The notes beneath the pieces are model-generated. The model had not been told where the DNA came from. It saw only the letters and a program-made list of their open reading frames with translations, and made no database searches. From Natronomonas sp. (GTDB lineage Archaea; Halobacteriota; Halobacteria; Halobacteriales; Haloarculaceae), in NCBI GenBank assembly GCA_040409725.1, contig JARWGK010000105.1, forward strand, positions 1,808 to 65,807: a stretch of DNA of 64,000 nt, given 5' to 3'. This document shows, piece after piece, positions 56,105 through 64,000 of this stretch (positions are counted from its first letter, which is position 1; each line of letters starts with the position of its first letter). Both the position numbers and the translations under genes were made by a program.

Positions 56105-56587
56105 TCACTCGATCGGCCGCTTTTCCTTCGAGACCACCTTGACGTCGCCGATCCCCGTGTCCGGATACCCCCCGTCGGCGTCCTTTTCGGCGGCCTTGAC
56201 CATGTCCCAGACGACGTTCAGGCCGGTCGTCACACCCTCGAGTGCCTCCATCTCACAGCCGGTTTTGCCGGTCGTTCCGACGGTCACCGTGAGTTCGATT
56301 GCCTTCTCACCCAAGTCGAAGTGGGTGTCGACGTTCGTGATCGGGATCTGGTGACACATCGGGATCGTCTCCCAGGTGTGTTTCACCGCCTGAATCGCAC
56401 CGACGCGGGCAACGGCGAGGACGTCTCCCTTCTCGACGCCGTCGTCTCGAATCGATTCGATCGTCGATTCCTGAAGTCGGATCGTTCCGCGGGCGACGGC
56501 CTCCCGTTCGGTGTCGGGTTTGTCGCCGACGTCGACCATCTGTGCCTCGCCCTCCGCTGTCACGTGTGTCAACTCGTCGTCGGTCAT
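56105..56587 (-). CDS. moaC: cyclic pyranopterin monophosphate synthase
   Basis: LTHV, MVDVGDK, IPMCHQI, TGCEMEAL, WDMVK. Confidence 0.95.
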   Translation of the reverse strand: MTDDELTHVTAEGEAQMVDVGDKPDTEREAVARGTIRLQESTIESIRDDGVEKGDVLAVARVGAIQAVKHTWETIPMCHQIPITNVDTHFDLGEKAIELTVTVGTTGKTGCEMEALEGVTTGLNVVWDMVKAAEKDADGGYPDTGIGDVKVVSKEKRPIE

Positions 56588-56632
56588 ACGATCACCTGTG
56601 GCGGCGACGGCGAAGTATCCACCGCCTGCCGG

Positions 56633-58078
56633 TCAGTCGAACGTCAACGCCTCAGGCAGCGCTTCGAGGAGATCCGTGGCCAACAGCCCTCGCGATCCGG
56701 TCTCCGCCACGATCGAATCGCCGGCGCGACCGGTCGCGTAGGCCCCGACACCGGCCGCGTGAATCGGATCGAGGCGGGCGGCGAGTGCGGCCACCGTCCC
56801 GGCGAGGACGTCACCGGTTCCGCCGACGGTCATCCCCGGGTTGCCGGTGTGGTTCAGACGCGTGCGATCGCCGTTGGAGATCACGTCCGTCGGACCCTTG
56901 AGGAGAATCGTCGCGTCGAGCGCCTCCGCGACGGTTTCGACGGTATCGATCCGGTCCTCCGGGCGGGTTCCGTCGATCGAGACGTCGACACCGGGTGGGA
57001 CGAGCGCCGGAAACTCACCGGCGTGGGGCGTACAGACGAGGGTTGCCTCGGTGTCGGCCTCCGCAACGACCGAAAGGGCGTCGGCGTCGACGACGACGGT
57101 CCCGTCGTATGCTTCCAGAAATTCGACGACGGCCCGGAGCGTCGCGCCCTCGTCGCCGAGTCCCGGGCCGACGACGGCCGTATCCGTCGCTTTTGCGGCC
57201 GAAAGCACGGCCTCGACGTTGGTGCTTCGCAGCCGTTCTCCCGCAAACGGCCGGACGATCAGATTTTCGTCGTATCCGGCGACGCTGTCGGCGATGGATC
57301 GCGGACAGGCGACGTACGCCAGATCGCCGCCCGCCCTGAGGGCTGCCCGTCCGGTCAACGCCGGTGCGCCGGTGTAGGGACCGCCGCCGACGACGAGGAC
57401 GCGGCCGAAATCACCCTTGTGTGCGTCGCCGGGTGTTTCGAGGCGCAACAGGTCGCCCCGTTCGACGAACCGCTCTGCTGCCGTCGGGATTCCGATGTCC
57501 GCGACGGTCACCTCGGCGTCGAGCGACGTGAGCCCCGGCTTCGTGTCGTGGAAGGTGACGACGTGGTCTGCGTCGACGGCGATGCCCGTGGCCTCGCCGG
57601 TGTCGGCGTCGATGCCCGACGGAACGTCGACGGCGACGACCGTCGCGTCCGTCTCGTCGATTCGCTCTGCGACAGTCGCCTCGGGTTCCCGAAGGCCACC
57701 GGTGACGCCGGTGCCGAGCATCGCATCGACGACGACGTCCGGGTCACCGAAAGCGAAGTCGGCGGTGTCCCGGACCACCTCGATGCTCTCACCCGCCTGC
57801 CGTAGTGCCTCGAAGTTCTCTGCGGCGATCGTCGTGTTGATCGACTCCGGGCGTCCGAGCAGGTAGGTCCGGACACCCTCGAGAAATCGCGCGGCGACGA
57901 ACCCGTCGCCGCCGTTGTTTCCGCGTCCACAGACGATCGCGATTTCGGCGTCGGGGGCGGCGACGTCCCGAACGACACGCGCGATGGCGTTGCCGGAGGA
58001 TTCCATCAGCTGTTTGCGAGGAACGCCGAGTGCCGCCGCGTTCGCGTCGACGACCGCCATTTCGTTGCTCGTGATCAT
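56633..58078 (-). CDS. nnr: bifunctional NAD(P)H-hydrate epimerase/dehydratase (NnrE-NnrD)
   Basis: LMESSG, GRGNNGGDG, DAMLGTG, VDVPSG, HKGDFG, VVDADAL, TPHAGE, GGTGDVLAG; start at ATG 58078. Confidence 0.92.
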   Translation of the reverse strand: MITSNEMAVVDANAAALGVPRKQLMESSGNAIARVVRDVAAPDAEIAIVCGRGNNGGDGFVAARFLEGVRTYLLGRPESINTTIAAENFEALRQAGESIEVVRDTADFAFGDPDVVVDAMLGTGVTGGLREPEATVAERIDETDATVVAVDVPSGIDADTGEATGIAVDADHVVTFHDTKPGLTSLDAEVTVADIGIPTAAERFVERGDLLRLETPGDAHKGDFGRVLVVGGGPYTGAPALTGRAALRAGGDLAYVACPRSIADSVAGYDENLIVRPFAGERLRSTNVEAVLSAAKATDTAVVGPGLGDEGATLRAVVEFLEAYDGTVVVDADALSVVAEADTEATLVCTPHAGEFPALVPPGVDVSIDGTRPEDRIDTVETVAEALDATILLKGPTDVISNGDRTRLNHTGNPGMTVGGTGDVLAGTVAALAARLDPIHAAGVGAYATGRAGDSIVAETGSRGLLATDLLEALPEALTFD

Positions 58079-58080
58079 AC

Positions 58081-58362
58081 TCACCACCGGACGTCGAATC
58101 CGTCGATGCCGTCGTGTGGTTCGTAGTCGACCTCGACGTCGTCGACGCGGGCCCGCGGTGGCCCCTCGTGGCAAAATTCGATCATCTCCGTGACGGCCGA
58201 CTCCTCGCCTTCGAAGACGGCCTCGACGCGGCCATCCGAGAGATTTCTGACCCAGCCGTCGACGCCCCGCTCGCGGGCGGCGTCTCTGGTCGTCGCCCTG
58301 AAGTACACGCCCTGTACCTTCCCCGAAACGAAGACGTGGGCTCGGGTTCGATCGTCGGTCAT
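58081..58362 (-). CDS. acyP: acylphosphatase
   Basis: VSGKVQGVYFR, GWVRNLSDGRVE; start at ATG 58362. Confidence 0.93.
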   Translation of the reverse strand: MTDDRTRAHVFVSGKVQGVYFRATTRDAARERGVDGWVRNLSDGRVEAVFEGEESAVTEMIEFCHEGPPRARVDDVEVDYEPHDGIDGFDVRW

Positions 58363-58412
58363 ACCTACTGTTGCTGCCGGGACACAAAAATATCCTCGCA
58401 GTCCCAGGACAC

Positions 58413-59342
58413 TTACATCTCGATGTCCTCGCCGCCGGCACGGAGATAATAAAAGACGTAGGTCTGTGCGTACCCGGCGTACTCGCCGCCGAACTGCTCG
58501 CGGATCGCCCGGGAGGTTTCGGCGTAGTTGCCCCGTTCGCAGTCGGGGTAGTACTCGCCGATCGCGGTCTGAATCCACGTATCGAGCGGGACCGCCTGCA
58601 GATACCCCAAGGAAAACAACAGCACGCAGTCGGCGACCTTATCGCCGACGCCGACGAACTGCGTGAGGTGCTCGCGGGCGTCCTCGTAGTCGTGGTCCCG
58701 TGCGTCGTTTGGATCTGCGACCCCTTCCGCGATCATCTCTGCTGTTCGTTTGACGTACGGGGCGCGGTACCCAAGTGACAGCTCTCGCAGACGCGATTCC
58801 GTCCCGGCGGCCAACTGTGACGGCGTCGGGTAGGCGTGATAGGTCTGTCCGTCGACGCGCAGTTCGTCTCCGAACTCCTCGGCGAGTCGTCGCTGCATTC
58901 CGTGGATGCGGGCGACCCGCATCTGTGTCGAGCAGATAAACGAGATGAGGCTCCCAAACGGTGGGTCGCGGACGAGACGCATTCCGTCGAAGGTGTCGTA
59001 GGCCCGCCGCAAAAGCGGGTCGTCGGGCGTCGAACCGAGGATCGAATCGAGGTCGTCGTCGAGACGCAGCAGGCGGGTGAGGTGTCGTGGTGCCTCTGCC
59101 GTCGTTGCGGACCACGCGAGTCGGCCGTCGCGTTGTCTCACCCTGATCAACTCCGGTTCGTTCGTCTCCGTCTCCGTCGCCGGGAGGACGGTATAGTACC
59201 ACGCGTCGCCGCCGTGGCGATACAGCGAGTCGTAGCTTCGGCCGTCCTCGCGCCGCCAGAGGTAGGACTGTCCGCTTTCGACGGTCGACTGTAGATCGAA
59301 GGCACCGTCTAACTCCCCGACCGGCAGCGTCCCTTCGTGCAT
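58413..59342 (-). CDS. ogg: 8-oxoguanine DNA glycosylase (HhH-GPD, Ogg1-like)
   Basis: SGQSYLW, LISFICS, LGYRA, GVGDKVADCVLLF, VPLDTW; start at ATG 59342. Confidence 0.85.
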   Translation of the reverse strand: MHEGTLPVGELDGAFDLQSTVESGQSYLWRREDGRSYDSLYRHGGDAWYYTVLPATETETNEPELIRVRQRDGRLAWSATTAEAPRHLTRLLRLDDDLDSILGSTPDDPLLRRAYDTFDGMRLVRDPPFGSLISFICSTQMRVARIHGMQRRLAEEFGDELRVDGQTYHAYPTPSQLAAGTESRLRELSLGYRAPYVKRTAEMIAEGVADPNDARDHDYEDAREHLTQFVGVGDKVADCVLLFSLGYLQAVPLDTWIQTAIGEYYPDCERGNYAETSRAIREQFGGEYAGYAQTYVFYYLRAGGEDIEM

Positions 59343-59426
59343 GTCCGTACGTCGTGACCGAACCGTTTTGCTGTTTCGAGACCGCTCGGCCGAAACTTCT
59401 TGTTCATGGGGACGGTATACCACGGT

Positions 59427-59918
59427 ATGGATTGTCGAGTGGTCGTCGAAGCCGCCGTGCCGGTCTACGACGTCGAAACGGCCGACGAGGCGGTTCGAAT
59501 CGCAATCTCGAAAACGGGGGAGATGCTGAATCCGGACCTGAACTACGTCGAAATCGACATGGGGTCCCGGGCGTGTCCACACTGCGAGGGGGAACACGAC
59601 CCGGCGTTCATCGCCGCAGACGAGGGTCTCGTCGCCCTCGAACTGGAGATGACCGTCTTCAACGTCGAGCGTGACGAACACGCGGCCCGAATCGCGCGTA
59701 AAGAAATCGGCCAACGACTCGAGAACATCCCTCTGGAGGTAATCGAGGTGGCGGAGGCAGAGACCGACGAGGAAACGGACGACACGACCGAAACGGCGGA
59801 GTCGTCTCAATCGGAGTCGGCCGACACCACGACCGAGGAGCAAACCGCGAAGTACGACGACGTCTCGACGGACGACGAGGAGATTCTCCCGGAGTTCGAA
59901 GAACTGATCGACGAGTGA
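59427..59918 (+). CDS. DUF555 (UPF0212) family protein
   Basis: V.DVETADEAVRIAIS, CPHC, ALVALE, EHAARIA...IG, acidic tail. Confidence 0.82.
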   Translation: MDCRVVVEAAVPVYDVETADEAVRIAISKTGEMLNPDLNYVEIDMGSRACPHCEGEHDPAFIAADEGLVALELEMTVFNVERDEHAARIARKEIGQRLENIPLEVIEVAEAETDEETDDTTETAESSQSESADTTTEEQTAKYDDVSTDDEEILPEFEELIDE

Positions 59919-59970
59919 CGCAGTTGGTACTGACGGCGTTGTTCGTCCGGAAAACGGCGTTTGACTACGC

Positions 59971-60207
59971 TCAGTCCGCGGTGGCCGAAACGGGGGCTTC
60001 GGTCTCGCGTTCCATTTCTTCGGTCAATCCATTCGCAAGCGCGAAGACGGCGACCTTGTGGTCCGTCTTCGATTTGTGGATCGACGTTGGTCGAACGCCG
60101 AGTTCCGCGTACTCGGTGTGATCGACGTCGCAGCCTGTGGCTGCCTCGTAGTGATTGGATACCTCTGCGAGCAGGCCGTGGAGATGAATAAGCTCCTGCT
60201 TCTTCAT
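59971..60207 (-). CDS. UPF0058 family protein
   Basis: MKKQELIHLHGLL...PTSIHKSKTDHK.AVF. Confidence 0.85.
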   Translation of the reverse strand: MKKQELIHLHGLLAEVSNHYEAATGCDVDHTEYAELGVRPTSIHKSKTDHKVAVFALANGLTEEMERETEAPVSATAD

Positions 60208-60394
60208 GATCACCTTTTCGTAGCAACTCGGGGCATATAGAACTATCCTGATAGCCGTTACCACGGATCTTGGGGGCTGTGCGGCGGAATGGGAGGCCTG
60301 TTACCGAGGATTCTTGCCGTTCGATCGACGGATTGTCGGGCGATACTGGCGGGATTGGCTGAAGATTTTTTTATCTCCTATCGAACTCTGTGGT

Positions 60395-60799
60395 ATGAGC
60401 TACGAGGATCATCTCGATCGAGCACTCGAAGCGACGCCGGACATCGAGCGGTCGAGCGATCGGTTCTCACTCCCCGACGCGGACATCCGACAGGAGGGCA
60501 ACGTAACCGTCTACGAGAACTTCCAGTCGACGCTCGACAGACTCGACCGGAGCGAGCGTCACGTGATGCGGTACTTCCAGAACGAACTCGGCACCGCGGC
60601 GAACATCGACGAACGGGGGCGGCTGCGGCTCACCGGATCGTTCAAACAGGATCGCGTACAGAGCGCCCTCGAAACGTACGTCGAGGTGTACGTGCTCTGT
60701 GAGGAGTGTGGCCTCCCCGATACGAGCATCGAACGCGAAAACGGTGCCGAACTGCTGCAGTGTGATGCCTGCGGGGCCCGCTCCGCGACCGGAAGCTGA
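60395..60799 (+). CDS. eif2b: translation initiation factor aIF2 beta subunit
   Basis: YEDHLDRA, NF...DRL.R, ELGT, CEECGLPDT, CDACGA. Confidence 0.93.
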   Translation: MSYEDHLDRALEATPDIERSSDRFSLPDADIRQEGNVTVYENFQSTLDRLDRSERHVMRYFQNELGTAANIDERGRLRLTGSFKQDRVQSALETYVEVYVLCEECGLPDTSIERENGAELLQCDACGARSATGS

Positions 60800-60817
60800 T
60801 CCGTCACAACCCTTCGG

Positions 60818-61225
60818 TCACACGTCGAATACGACGTACGCCTCCCACCCATCCTCTGTCTCCTCGAGTCTCATCTCGGAGTAGGTCACCGCCTTGATCT
60901 CCCGGGCATCGATCGAGGAGAGCGGAACACCGCGGGCCGAGGCCTCCAGCGATAGCCGCTCCCGGTCGACGGTCACGCGATGTTCCGCCGGAAGCACCGC
61001 CCGAACGTCGCGTTGATAGATGAGTTCGTCGAGGTAATCGAACAGCAGCGCCTCGAGTCCGCTGGCCTCGACCGACAGCTCGAAGCGCTCACCGGCCGTG
61101 GTCTCGGGTTCGTAGTGAGCCGCCGTGAGGCCATCGGCGACGGACGCAAACGTCGCCCCGAGATCCTCGCCGGTCGCGAAGACGGCGATGTCGGCCGTGT
61201 GGCGGCGGAGTTCGTACGGTGTCAT
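60818..61225 (-). CDS. archease
   Basis: HTADI, EALLFDYLDEL, IKAVTY, VVFDV. Confidence 0.93.
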   Translation of the reverse strand: MTPYELRRHTADIAVFATGEDLGATFASVADGLTAAHYEPETTAGERFELSVEASGLEALLFDYLDELIYQRDVRAVLPAEHRVTVDRERLSLEASARGVPLSSIDAREIKAVTYSEMRLEETEDGWEAYVVFDV

Positions 61226-61354
61226 CCTGGGGTGTGTCTCACACCGAAGCGGTGACGGGCGGTCGACAAAACGCTTTGCCGTCCCGGTGGCAGAGACAGT
61301 TGCCGGGAGCGCCGTTCCGTGGCGGTGGAGTTATATTCCGCCGTCTCCTAATTC

Positions 61355-61846
61355 ATGGTAGTGAGTGTCACTATCGACCTGCGTGTGGTCGACCCGGGGG
61401 CCGAGACGTACATCGACGACGCCTGGCGGCTCAAAGAGCAGATCCACCGCAACGAGAACGTCCTGAAGCAGCGCCGTGGATTCTTCACCGACGCGTATCG
61501 TCGTTCGACGGTGTACGCGCTCGTCCAGTCGGGGGAGACGGACCGACTCGTCGGCTTCGCTGCGACGCGACGCGACGGCTACATCCTGTTTCTGGCGGTC
61601 GATCCGGAGCATCGGGGCGAGGGACTGGGCGGTCAACTGGTCGCCGCCGTCGCCGAGGACCACGACTCGGTCACCTGCCACGCCAGGGCGACCAACGAGG
61701 CGGCGATCGAGTTCTACAAACACCTCGGATTCAACGTCGAACGACACATCGAGGGCTACTACGAGGACAACGGCGACGCCTACTATCTCCGACTCGGTGA
61801 CGCCGGCCTCGCGACCCGTCTCTCCCGACTGGTTCGCGGTGGCTAG
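61355..61846 (+). CDS. GNAT-family N-acetyltransferase (RimI-like)
   Basis: LAVDPEHRGEGLG, NEAAIEFY..LGF, YYEDNGDA. Confidence 0.88.
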   Translation: MVVSVTIDLRVVDPGAETYIDDAWRLKEQIHRNENVLKQRRGFFTDAYRRSTVYALVQSGETDRLVGFAATRRDGYILFLAVDPEHRGEGLGGQLVAAVAEDHDSVTCHARATNEAAIEFYKHLGFNVERHIEGYYEDNGDAYYLRLGDAGLATRLSRLVRGG

Positions 61847-61895
61847 TTCGTCTGCGGGACAGCAACCCTTAGGTTCCCGGGCGTGAAGCGACGGT

Positions 61896-63074
61896 ATGGA
61901 TGGTCGCACCCGTGAGTACCTGAAGGGTCGGTTTGGCGACCACTACCGACAGACGGAGCTGTCGCCGCCGCCGGCGGCGGACGAACGCGAGTGGGGGTAC
62001 ATCACCTGGAGCGGCGGAACCACGACGATGGTGCGTCACAGCGGCTACATCGATCTGGTCGGTGGCGGTGGACTCGAGGAGTTTCTCGCCGGTGAACGTC
62101 CTCGCCACGTCTACTTCTCGGCGGGTCGGTACGACCGCCCCGACGCGGACACGATGTCGGAGAAAGGGTGGCGCGGCTCGGATCTCGTTTTCGATCTCGA
62201 TGCCGACCACCTACCCGACGTCGACCCCGAGACGGACAGCTACGCGGAGATGCTCTCGAGCTGTAAGGACGCCCTGCTTCGGCTCCTCGATCTCCTTAAG
62301 ACAGATTTCGGCTTCACCGAGCCGACGGTCGTCTTCTCGGGTGGCCGGGGCTACCACGTCCACGTTCGCCGCTCGGACGTGCAGGATCTCGGCCGGAGTG
62401 AACGCCGTGAGATCGTCGATTACCTCCTCGGCGACGGCGTGACCTTTGAGGACGTGGTCGAAACGGAGACCGTCTCCGGGGCGGCCGGGCGATCCTCGCC
62501 CGCACAGCGTCGGGAGCTACCGGCAGGCGGGTGGGCCGGTCGAACCCGCGACCGCCTCGATGCGTTCTGTGGCGACCTCCTCGCCGACGAAGACGCCGCC
62601 GTAGAGCGACTACGCGAGTTCGACGGGATCGGAACGGGCAAAGCCGAGGCGATCCTCCGTGTCGCCCGAGAGAATCGAGAGGCGATCGCCGCCGGCAACA
62701 TCGACGTGCATCCGGCGGTGTACAGCATCGCACAGCGGCTGTTCGAGGAGACACTCGAGGCGGAGTCGGCACCGATCGACGAACCGGTAACGACCGACAT
62801 CAACCGTCTCATCCGTCTTCCGGGCAGCCTCCATGGAGGCAGCGGTCTCGCCGTTCGACGGATCGATCCCGACGATCTGGCGGCGTTCGACCCCCTCGTC
62901 GACGCCGTCCCGGAGACGTTCAAAAGGAGTGAGATCCTGATCGACGTGACGGAGTCGGTCACGGTAGAACTGTGTGGGGAAAGCTTTAGTCTCTCGGAGA
63001 CGGTCCATTCAGTGCCAGAGTACATCGGCATCTTCGCCATGACACGAGGACACGCGAGGAAAGCAGCGGAGTAA
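61896..63074 (+). CDS. priS: DNA primase small (catalytic) subunit
   Basis: REWG, DLVFDLDADH, SGGRGYHV, IDEPVT.D..RLIRLPGSLHG. Confidence 0.95.
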   Translation: MDGRTREYLKGRFGDHYRQTELSPPPAADEREWGYITWSGGTTTMVRHSGYIDLVGGGGLEEFLAGERPRHVYFSAGRYDRPDADTMSEKGWRGSDLVFDLDADHLPDVDPETDSYAEMLSSCKDALLRLLDLLKTDFGFTEPTVVFSGGRGYHVHVRRSDVQDLGRSERREIVDYLLGDGVTFEDVVETETVSGAAGRSSPAQRRELPAGGWAGRTRDRLDAFCGDLLADEDAAVERLREFDGIGTGKAEAILRVARENREAIAAGNIDVHPAVYSIAQRLFEETLEAESAPIDEPVTTDINRLIRLPGSLHGGSGLAVRRIDPDDLAAFDPLVDAVPETFKRSEILIDVTESVTVELCGESFSLSETVHSVPEYIGIFAMTRGHARKAAE

Positions 63075-63076
63075 CC

Positions 63077-64000
63077 ATGCATCTCGAGGAACTACAGTCC
63101 GTACAGGCCGGCGAGCGACAATCCAGCGACCTCCAGCACCTGCGCCCGTCGTTTTACGACGAGGTCGGTCGCTTCATCGAAGAGATGCGCGATCGCCGTG
63201 CGTCGGTCGTCGAGACCGCGGACGATCCCTTCTCCTCGCCCGAGGTCCGCCGACTGACGGACGACATCGAGACGGCCGAAAACACGGTCGAGGCCATCTA
63301 CGAGCGACGGGTCGGAAAGATCGTCAAGAAGGCGTCGATCGCAGCAGCCGGTATGCCGGTCGACGACGACGGGCTCACCGCCGAGGAGCAGGCGCTCTTC
63401 GAGGATCTCGTCGACCGGATCGAGAGCAACCGCGAAACGGTGTTCGGCATCGTCGACGGCGAATCGCCGTCCGTGTCCTGCACCGTCGAGGACGGCGAGT
63501 CGGCGCCCGATACGGAGCGACAGAGCGACCCTGCCGCGGATCACCGGTCGGAGTCGCCGTCCTCGCCTGTAACGGCCGACTCCTCCGACCGGACGGCACC
63601 GGCGTCCGGAGCGGACACCGTCGAGGGGAGCCCCGAACCGGAGCCGCCGGACCCCGAACCGGCCGACGAGCACCGACCCGATGGCCTCGCCACCCCGGAG
63701 GAATCGCTCGACGAGGCGACGACTCAGGAGACGGAGACACCGACGGAACTGAGTGCCGCCGATCTGATGGGGACTTCGGAAGAGTCCGATCAGACGGACG
63801 GTACCCCACGGACGAACGGCGGCGAGGAACCGGCGGAGCGACCCCGGGAAGCCACGGCGTCCCCCTCGGCGGCCTCCGGTCGCGATTCGGCCGACGCCGG
63901 TCGAGATGCGACCGCGGGATCACACCCCGCATCCGCCGAGGCCGACCCGCGAACGACCGTTCGGATCACGGCCGATGTCGGCGAGATCGTCGGTACCGAC
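63077..64000 (+). CDS. ginS: DNA replication factor GINS (GINS51-type), truncated by window end
   Basis: Read by hand: MHLEELQSVQ..ER...LQHL...FY, YERRVGKIVK, acidic linker, then TVRITADVGEIVGTD; 2 bp after priS; absent from the ORF track because no stop lies in the window. Confidence 0.88.
   Translation, partial: MHLEELQSVQAGERQSSDLQHLRPSFYDEVGRFIEEMRDRRASVVETADDPFSSPEVRRLTDDIETAENTVEAIYERRVGKIVKKASIAAAGMPVDDDGLTAEEQALFEDLVDRIESNRETVFGIVDGESPSVSCTVEDGESAPDTERQSDPAADHRSESPSSPVTADSSDRTAPASGADTVEGSPEPEPPDPEPADEHRPDGLATPEESLDEATTQETETPTELSAADLMGTSEESDQTDGTPRTNGGEEPAERPREATASPSAASGRDSADAGRDATAGSHPASAEADPRTTVRITADVGEIVGTD

Noticed and set aside
58363-59843. Long N-terminal extensions of the nnr, acyP and ogg ORFs, and the apparent nested genes they create
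   Set aside because: The extensions overlap neighbouring real genes; downstream ATGs (58078, 58362, 59342) give standard proteins
1-64000. Many long overlapping ORFs in the track (e.g. 2333-3604 -, 8787-10322 +, 12665-13951 +, 13323-14708 +, 33404-34825 +, 56321-57805 +)
   Set aside because: Arg/Pro/Gly-rich or antisense shadows of recognisable genes, expected in high-GC DNA; they lack halophilic acidic composition and motifs
1-64000. CRISPR array, IS elements, rRNA
   Set aside because: No regularly spaced repeats, transposase ORFs, IS-type terminal inverted repeats around a transposase, or rRNA-like sequence seen

Overview
Haloarchaeal (class Halobacteria) chromosomal segment, judged from the GC-rich DNA, strongly acidic proteins, TATA boxes just upstream of short-leader starts, and marker genes (aglB, psmA, priS-ginS, aIF2-beta, aMBF1, dacZ). 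It is densely coding, with about 68 protein genes and one tRNA-Leu(GAG). I see no CRISPR array, transposase, integrase or rRNA. Left part (1-23.8 kb), accessory metabolism and signalling: amphi-Trp/ArsR pair; an Fe3+-family ABC transporter whose permease and ATPase are fused; a KaiC-like ATPase, PrxQ-like redoxin and free-standing degenerate KaiC-like domain; a rhodanese-sulfite/nitrite reductase fusion coupled to an FrhB/FpoF-like F420 subunit; a hybrid histidine kinase; a NAD kinase-inositol monophosphatase fusion; APC+USP; and an orphan ABC ATPase behind a DtxR-like box. Middle: a fabG/phaB-pccB-pccX-thiolase(alpha/beta) acyl-CoA cluster, panB, aMBF1, tRNA-Leu with a duplicated 3' end and hairpin, dacZ-mscS and Rad25/XPB. 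From 37.5 to 51.3 kb: an aglJ...aglB N-glycosylation cluster with unusual cargo (sulfatase-like protein, AglQ, two ParB/Srx-like proteins, GT61, flippase), followed directly by a DUF368 (PopT-like) gene. Right part, core genes: rnp3-rnp2-psmA-SBDS-hflX, moaC, nnr, acyP, ogg, aIF2-beta, archease, priS-ginS. All family assignments come from motif recognition by eye, not database searches. Many starts were shortened from the supplied ORF track to the more plausible codon.
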